This document shows, one piece after another, positions 26,451 to 32,299 of a stretch of DNA of 32,299 bases (position 1 is its first letter; each line of letters opens with the position of its first letter). The DNA is from Candidatus Cloacimonadota bacterium (GTDB lineage: Bacteria; Cloacimonadota; Cloacimonadia; JGIOTU-2). The notes beneath the pieces were generated by a model. The model was not told where the DNA came from. It ran no database searches and worked only from the letters and a program-made list of their open reading frames with translations. Both the position numbers and the translations under genes were made by a program. The stretch spans positions 1 to 32,299 of the forward strand of contig JBNGBT010000016.1 of NCBI GenBank assembly GCA_049903315.1. Reading direction: 5' to 3'.

Positions 26451-28028
26451 ATGAAAAAGAAACAAGTAGTGATCCTTGCTGTTGTTGTCATACTGATTTT
26501 TGGCTTTTTGATCGGCAGGGTTAGTCTGGTAAAAGCAGAGAACACCCAGGGCAGTTTGTATGATTATATGAAACTTTTTACAGATATCATAACCAAACTC
26601 AATCAGGCACATGTCGAAGAGGTCGATCCGCAGGTACTTTTTGAGAGTGCGATCAATGGTATGCTGGATACACTCGATCCCTATACAAGCCTGTTGACCC
26701 CAGAGGAATTTGCTGATCTGCAAACAAGCACCAAGGGCGAGTTCGGCGGATTGGGTATTCATATTTCATCGGAAGACAGCGACTATATAATGGTGATATC
26801 CGTGATCGAAGCAACTCCTGCGTATAAAGCGAATCTTATGGCTGGAGATGAGATCGTTGCGGTGAACGGCATGTCAACCGAAGGATGGACCTCCACGAAA
26901 GCAGTGGAACATCTTCGTGGTCCCAAGGGCTCTGAGGTTACTATATCCATCAAAAGGGAAGGTCTATCTGAAAACTTTGATGTGGTTATTGAACGAGATA
27001 AAGTCAAAATGGATAGTGTTCCCTATGCCTATAAAATCGGAGATATCGGTTATATTCGTATTACAAACTTCAATGCAAGTACCGGTGATGATCTGCATAA
27101 CGCAATGGTCGATCTTGAAAGGCAGGGCATCAAAGGATTGCTCATTGATGTACGTTCGAACCCGGGCGGTTTGCTCAGTACCGCGATCGAAACCGTGGAC
27201 CAATTCCTTCCCAAAAACAAACTTGTAGTTGAAACAAAGGGACGGATTGCGACGTTCAATAGAAAATTTTACACAGCAGACAATTATGCCTTTGAAGGAA
27301 TTCCAATCATTGTGATGGTGAATCAGGCGAGTGCGAGTGCAGCAGAAATTTTCTCGGGCTCCCTTCAGGATTGGGACAAGGCACTTATTGTTGGGCAAAA
27401 CAGTTTTGGCAAAGGATCTGTACAGCAGCTATTCCCTCTTCCTATGAATTATGGACTCAAGATAACAACCTCAAAATATTACATTGAGAGCGGACGCTGT
27501 ATTCATGACGATGCGAATGAAGATGCCATTAAAAAAGAGGGACATATTGATCTGACAAAGAAAGAAAAGAACGATGATGAGCCGCGTGAGGCGTTCTATA
27601 CAGTTGGTGGACGTGAGGTTTATGGCGGTGGCGGCATAACACCGGATATCATTATCGTACAGGATACATTAAATTCATTTGAGCTTGATGTGCGCAGGAA
27701 TAATTTATTCTTTCCCTTTGCCGTAGATTTTCTTTCAAAAGTAGATATTGATGAGAATTTCTATGTCGATGACGAACTTTTTGATGAGTTTGTTGAAAGC
27801 ATAAAAGAGAAGGATATTGAATATACTGAAGAAGAGCTTGCCGATTCGGAAACCTGGCTAAGGAATGCACTTGAGGCACAGATCATCAGCAACAAGTTCG
27901 GGCTTCAGGAAGGGAACAAGGTTGCGATAAGACAAGACCCCCAACTTCAAGCAGCCCTGAAACTTTTTGATGAATATGGTTCGCTGGAAGAGATGTTCAC
28001 ACATGCGGATAAAGTAGCAAACGAATAA
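26451..28028 (+). CDS. ctpA: S41A carboxyl-terminal processing protease with PDZ domain
   Basis: 'LDPYT', 'FGGLGI' (PDZ), 'DVRSNPGGLL', 'SASAAEI', 'FGKGSVQ' and 'GGGGITPD'. Confidence 0.93.
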   Translation: MKKKQVVILAVVVILIFGFLIGRVSLVKAENTQGSLYDYMKLFTDIITKLNQAHVEEVDPQVLFESAINGMLDTLDPYTSLLTPEEFADLQTSTKGEFGGLGIHISSEDSDYIMVISVIEATPAYKANLMAGDEIVAVNGMSTEGWTSTKAVEHLRGPKGSEVTISIKREGLSENFDVVIERDKVKMDSVPYAYKIGDIGYIRITNFNASTGDDLHNAMVDLERQGIKGLLIDVRSNPGGLLSTAIETVDQFLPKNKLVVETKGRIATFNRKFYTADNYAFEGIPIIVMVNQASASAAEIFSGSLQDWDKALIVGQNSFGKGSVQQLFPLPMNYGLKITTSKYYIESGRCIHDDANEDAIKKEGHIDLTKKEKNDDEPREAFYTVGGREVYGGGGITPDIIIVQDTLNSFELDVRRNNLFFPFAVDFLSKVDIDENFYVDDELFDEFVESIKEKDIEYTEEELADSETWLRNALEAQIISNKFGLQEGNKVAIRQDPQLQAALKLFDEYGSLEEMFTHADKVANE

Positions 28029-28053
28029 TAACCCCATAATAACATATAATTAT

Positions 28054-28086
28054 GAAAGGCTTGCGTAATAGTGAGCCTTTCTTTTT
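28054..28086 (+). terminator. Intrinsic terminator after ctpA
   Basis: GAAAGGCTTGC-GTAATA-GTGAGCCTTTC hairpin followed by TTTTT. Confidence 0.8.
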
Positions 28087-28250
28087 GTCTAAAATTTTTC
28101 TGGTTAGCCACAGCCGGGTAACCAGACGCTTTACTAAGCTGGGGCTTAGCAAAGAGAAATGTTGGGGATAATAATATAGAGTTTTTTCAGGCTGGTCTTC
28201 ATCCCTGGATGGAGTTAAGATTGAGGGGAAAATATCGTAACCGATATAAT

Positions 28251-28282
28251 AAAAAAGCCCACGAAATCGTGAGCTTTCTTTT
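28251..28282 (-). terminator. Intrinsic terminator after the 291-aa secreted protein gene
   Basis: Minus strand GAAAGCTCACG-ATTT-CGTGGGCTTTT hairpin running into a T tract. Confidence 0.8.
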
Positions 28283-28296
28283 GTAAAAAAAATTCG

Positions 28297-29166
28297 TTAT
28301 CTTATTATCACTACTTTTTTGGTTTCATACAATCTGTTCTCAATAAGAAGTTGGTAAAGGTAGATTCCAGAGGAAAGATCATTCCCCCCTGAATCTTTGC
28401 CATCCCATGAAAGCTGAAGATCCTGATTCTTTTGGACAGCATTATTAAATAACGTACCGACAAGCTGTCCTTTAATATTAAAGACATTCAGCTTCATGTG
28501 ACCTTGAGAGGGAGAATGTATGAAAAGTTCTGTTGAGGATGAAAGTGATCCAAAGGGGTTGGGTGCGCTTTGTATATAAAAGAGCAGAGGATCCTCGATT
28601 GAAGGTTCCACAGAGAGTAAAGAAATATCTCCTGAACCATAAAAAGTATTTGTAAGTAAGCCCGAAGGGAATCCAGCAGCTGATATTAATCCGGTACCAG
28701 ATGTTGACCAATCTATCCCGGAATTCTGGGAAGGATCGGAAATATTCCATTCGATAGAACAAACCGGTTCCCATTCATTTAATATCGGATTATATAAAGT
28801 AGTGGTCGGAGATATAGGACCGATAATTGAGAAAGTCAAGGCTATTCCGGCAGACGATATTGCTATACTATATTCTGGAGTATCAAGGTTTGGGTTGAGG
28901 TTTGTATATGTTGGATCTTCAGTAAATCCAAGTGTATTATAACTAAATTGGAGATCACCATTCCATAGGAGATCATCATAACCAATATTCGGAACAGTAA
29001 AAGGCCATGAGGATGTACGTTTTAGCTCAACATCCATTTTAAACACACCATTATCAGTTCTCGCATTTGAGATTCTTAGATCAATGGTATTTTCATCTCG
29101 AAAGGATTGAGAGAAAAGCATAGAAATAAGAGATATAAATAAAAGGAAGAATATAATTTTTTTCAT
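28297..29166 (-). CDS. Secreted protein: signal peptide, ~158-aa beta-rich (cohesin-like?) domain and FlgD-Ig/T9SS-A-like C-terminal domain
   Basis: 'MKKIIFFLLFISLISMLFS' signal peptide and C-terminal 'PNPF...FNIKGQLV...WDGKD..GN.LSSGIYLY'. Start set at ATG 29166. Confidence 0.88.
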   Translation of the reverse strand: MKKIIFFLLFISLISMLFSQSFRDENTIDLRISNARTDNGVFKMDVELKRTSSWPFTVPNIGYDDLLWNGDLQFSYNTLGFTEDPTYTNLNPNLDTPEYSIAISSAGIALTFSIIGPISPTTTLYNPILNEWEPVCSIEWNISDPSQNSGIDWSTSGTGLISAAGFPSGLLTNTFYGSGDISLLSVEPSIEDPLLFYIQSAPNPFGSLSSSTELFIHSPSQGHMKLNVFNIKGQLVGTLFNNAVQKNQDLQLSWDGKDSGGNDLSSGIYLYQLLIENRLYETKKVVIIR

Positions 29167-29170
29167 AATC

Positions 29171-29212
29171 AAAAAGATAATCCCGGATTCGCATTAAGCG
29201 AACCCGGGATTG
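29171..29212 (-). terminator. Strong hairpin/terminator between the two secreted-protein genes
   Basis: Minus strand AATCCCGGGTTCGC-TTAAT-GCGAATCCGGGATT (14-bp stem) followed by ATCTTTTT. Confidence 0.8.
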
Positions 29213-29229
29213 GTTAAATAGTTAATACA

Positions 29230-32200
29230 TTATTTTACAACGATAAGTTTTTTGATATCGGAGTAATCGTCAGTTTGTAATCTGTAGAAGTAGATGCCAT
29301 GTCCCATATCAGAAGTATCGAGTGTTGCGACACCGTTTCTTCCCTGAAGTGTTTTCACTAACTCGCCACGAATATTATACACACTGATCGTGGCATTCTG
29401 ATCAATGACCGTACCTTTGATCTGGTACTTGATCTTTGTAGAGTTGATAGCCGGGTTGGGGAAGTTACCGATCAGTTGAGTGCTGGCAATCAGGTCAGGC
29501 GTACTGTCACCATCAATATCTCCGGGAGTGTAGGCAATAGGACCATGGAAGGAAGAAGTTCCACCAAAGTCTACCACCTCAAGCCAGTAGTAATGAGTGA
29601 CATAGACATCAGCAACGACATCATCGTAGTTGTAGCTTTGAGGTTCGGTTGTCGTACCGGCAGCAGGGATGAGCGAGTAATTGATGTGTCTTCCTGCACG
29701 TGTAAGATCCTTAAATTCTGAACGATAAATGTTGAACCCATTAACGTCAGTTTCTGTTGCAGTATCCCATCTGAGCTCGATGTTTTCATTTGCCGAACTG
29801 AACATTGCATTGAATGCAGAGAGTTCAACAGGAAGTGTGATGTCTCCAGAGCCATAGTAGGTATTTGTGAGCAAGCCCGAAGGGAAACTCGCAGCAGAGA
29901 TAAGACCTGTACCGGACTCATTCCAGACAACACCAGAGTTTTCATGAATATCAGCAATGGTAAGTTCAATAGTACAGATGGTTTCCCAGACATTAAATGC
30001 AGGGCTGTACATGGTTGGAGTTACAGGATTGGGACCAGTGATGGAGAGAGTAAGCGCATTCGCAGCAACAGAGATATCGGTCGAATACTCAGCAGTATCG
30101 AGACCGGCATTCAGATTGCTGTATGCAGGAGCACCGGTAAATCCAGCAGGATTATAATCGAACTGGAAGTCCGCATCTTGGAGTAGATTATCATATCCAA
30201 TACCAGGAACAATGAATGGCCAATCAGAAGTTCTCTTGAGCTGAACTTCCATCTTGAACATGCCGCCCTCAACACGAGGATTAGAGATCTGAAGATCTAC
30301 TGTGTTAGCCTTTGAACCAGGAGCAGTGATTTGTACATCAAGGGGATGTCCGCCATCTTTGGCTGTCTGGTTAGGAACAGTGGTTGCTTTTCCTCTGTTA
30401 TTGTAACAGGAGATCGCATCACCGATCGTGACCGAACCATTCATGTTGAAGTCCCAGATAAGGTAGCCGGTCTGTCCTCTGTGACTGTATATCTCAATCG
30501 CATCACCAATGGTAACGGAGTTGTTGTCATTCACATCACCGCCATAGAGACCATAGTTACCACTACCAAGACTGGCAAATCCACCACCGTAAGCAGCAGT
30601 TGCACCAGTAAGGTCAATGGATGTCGCCTGGCTAGCGAAGTCACCAAATGTATGAGTTAATGCACTCATAATATCAATGTGATTTGTGTGATGTATCACA
30701 AGATAGTACTCGACATCAGTCGTATAGTAGAATGGGAGACTGCTGTTACCGTTCACGTCAACGATTGTACCGTTTTTCAGTAAGAATGCATTTGCCTGCT
30801 TGACTGTTTCCCCAGTTGCAGCAAGACGCAGTTCAACGTAGATCCAGTCAATTATCTGGTTGTTTGGAAGTGGTAATGCAGTAATGGTCTCACCATCATA
30901 AGGAGAGACAAGGGGTTTTACAGCACCATCAGTCATTGTTCCATTGGAATAAGGACCCTGAAGGAATACCTTCATGTTTGCGTATGCAGGAAGGTTATCC
31001 TTGGGAGCTGCAGAACCAGTCTGCCATGCGGACTGAGCACCAGCATCTTTTAAGATTGGTTCTGTGTATGAGATATGATTTTCGTCAAATCCACCAAGCT
31101 TGGTTGGATTGTACACAGATGCCATTCTGAAGTCGTATGGTGTGTCAGAGGCAGGAGCAGGAAGAAGTGCAGTGTAGTCATTGGTTCCAGTGCCATTATC
31201 ATAACAAGCTATGTCTGCGAGGAAATCCCACTGTCCACCAGAAACACTCGGCATAAAGATCTCAACCACATAGTAGCTCACACCGTATGCAGTATCTTTT
31301 ACGGCTGTATAGAATGGATCGTCAATAGAAAGAGTGTAATCAACGAGTATCCATCCACCGTTATCACCAGGATTATCAGTGAATACTACACCGGTAGGAG
31401 GTGCAGGATCGTTCAGTTCCTGTATGACAATATCTGTAAGCTCGGACATGTAATCCGGAGGATTAGTATCGTACTCCCATGCATAAATGGTCAGATGATC
31501 TGCTGCATCGAATGGCAGTGCAGAAATACATGCACCTGTGATCTCTTTAAATCCAGAAACAAGGAGCTGCTCTTCCGGAACGGAGAGAGCAACATGACTG
31601 CTGCTGAAGTCAGCAAGATTACCATAGGAGAAGTCCCTGATGCCATTGGCATCCGCAGCACACACACGAAGATCAAAGTAGTTGTCTACGTATGGTGAAG
31701 CAGGATCGATCTGAAGCAGGAACTGATCCATTGTAACAGTATACAATGTTGTCAATCCTACATCTTGATACCAGGGATTGAAGTCCACATACTCAGATAC
31801 TTCATCACCGGAACCTGAACCTAGACCATAATCAAAGGTCCAGCTCGGGCCGTCTGTCGCACCCCAGTAGTTGTAGGTCGCATCAAGCACTGCTTTTGCA
31901 CCAGTATCATCATTCTGTACACCAACATCGTTACCATCAATTATATTGTAGTTGATAGTGACATTGGTTGCAGATTTTACTAGAATACCGTACGTATTAT
32001 AGCTTATTTCGTTAGGTCTGGTGTTATCTGTAAAACCGATAGCGACATTAGTGAACGTATCATCACTGTCACTACCTACCCTGATACCCTGTGCGAATCC
32101 ATAAGATGAAGATGTTCCACCAATGTAGTTATCCTGAACAAATACAGTACCAAGATCACCGACGAGGTTGATACCCTGATATGCACCGGAAGTACTCCAG

Positions 32201-32299
32201 TCAACCCACGGTATCATAGTGGTTTCAATCGTATTATTATAGATGACCTGCATTGCCGGGTTATCATCAATTGTTATTGCACGCAGGCACATACCGGTA
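29230..32299 (-). CDS. Large secreted multidomain protein, 5'-truncated by the window: beta-helix repeats, Ig/Fn3-like region, dockerin-like repeats, duplicated beta domain and T9SS-A-like C-terminus
   Basis: The frame is open to the right edge. Motifs include 'N.I..N..GI' beta-helix repeats, 'NYWGATDGP', 'KVFLQGPY...DWIYVELR', two DxNxNxSVTIGDA repeats, 'LPVELSAF' and 'NFPNP...YNIRGELV...GIYFY'. Confidence 0.88.
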   Translation of the reverse strand, partial: TGMCLRAITIDDNPAMQVIYNNTIETTMIPWVDWSTSGAYQGINLVGDLGTVFVQDNYIGGTSSSYGFAQGIRVGSDSDDTFTNVAIGFTDNTRPNEISYNTYGILVKSATNVTINYNIIDGNDVGVQNDDTGAKAVLDATYNYWGATDGPSWTFDYGLGSGSGDEVSEYVDFNPWYQDVGLTTLYTVTMDQFLLQIDPASPYVDNYFDLRVCAADANGIRDFSYGNLADFSSSHVALSVPEEQLLVSGFKEITGACISALPFDAADHLTIYAWEYDTNPPDYMSELTDIVIQELNDPAPPTGVVFTDNPGDNGGWILVDYTLSIDDPFYTAVKDTAYGVSYYVVEIFMPSVSGGQWDFLADIACYDNGTGTNDYTALLPAPASDTPYDFRMASVYNPTKLGGFDENHISYTEPILKDAGAQSAWQTGSAAPKDNLPAYANMKVFLQGPYSNGTMTDGAVKPLVSPYDGETITALPLPNNQIIDWIYVELRLAATGETVKQANAFLLKNGTIVDVNGNSSLPFYYTTDVEYYLVIHHTNHIDIMSALTHTFGDFASQATSIDLTGATAAYGGGFASLGSGNYGLYGGDVNDNNSVTIGDAIEIYSHRGQTGYLIWDFNMNGSVTIGDAISCYNNRGKATTVPNQTAKDGGHPLDVQITAPGSKANTVDLQISNPRVEGGMFKMEVQLKRTSDWPFIVPGIGYDNLLQDADFQFDYNPAGFTGAPAYSNLNAGLDTAEYSTDISVAANALTLSITGPNPVTPTMYSPAFNVWETICTIELTIADIHENSGVVWNESGTGLISAASFPSGLLTNTYYGSGDITLPVELSAFNAMFSSANENIELRWDTATETDVNGFNIYRSEFKDLTRAGRHINYSLIPAAGTTTEPQSYNYDDVVADVYVTHYYWLEVVDFGGTSSFHGPIAYTPGDIDGDSTPDLIASTQLIGNFPNPAINSTKIKYQIKGTVIDQNATISVYNIRGELVKTLQGRNGVATLDTSDMGHGIYFYRLQTDDYSDIKKLIVVK

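Overview
A 32.3 kb bacterial chromosomal window, mostly housekeeping genes. The secreted proteins with FlgD-Ig/T9SS-A-like C-termini ('YNI(K/R)G.LV') suggest the FCB superphylum, possibly Cloacimonadota, but this is inference only. From left to right it holds: a TolC-HlyD-permease-permease export operon; three tRNAs (fMet, Met, Arg-UCU); comM/yifB-rodA-gmhA-hypothetical-eno-ftsB-guaD; a UPF0182 protein; an Fe-S protein; a lipoprotein serine hydrolase; ileS (type 2, GIHH motif); a K+ channel/STAS-kinase/xth operon; tRNA-Arg(UCG)-tmk-ctpA; and two secreted proteins sharing a duplicated domain. The most striking unannotated signal is a complete ribosome-dependent transcription attenuator ahead of ileS. 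It consists of a 21-aa Ile-rich leader peptide (MIKDIEKIIVIIIINAPPCRF), an antiterminator and an intrinsic terminator. A 248-bp, ~95% identical copy of the promoter, attenuator and ileS 5' end lies 1599 bp upstream, in front of the serine hydrolase. Also notable are a STAS-unknown domain-kinase fusion and a dockerin-like/cohesin-like secreted protein pair separated by a terminator. I saw no CRISPR array, integrase or transposase.
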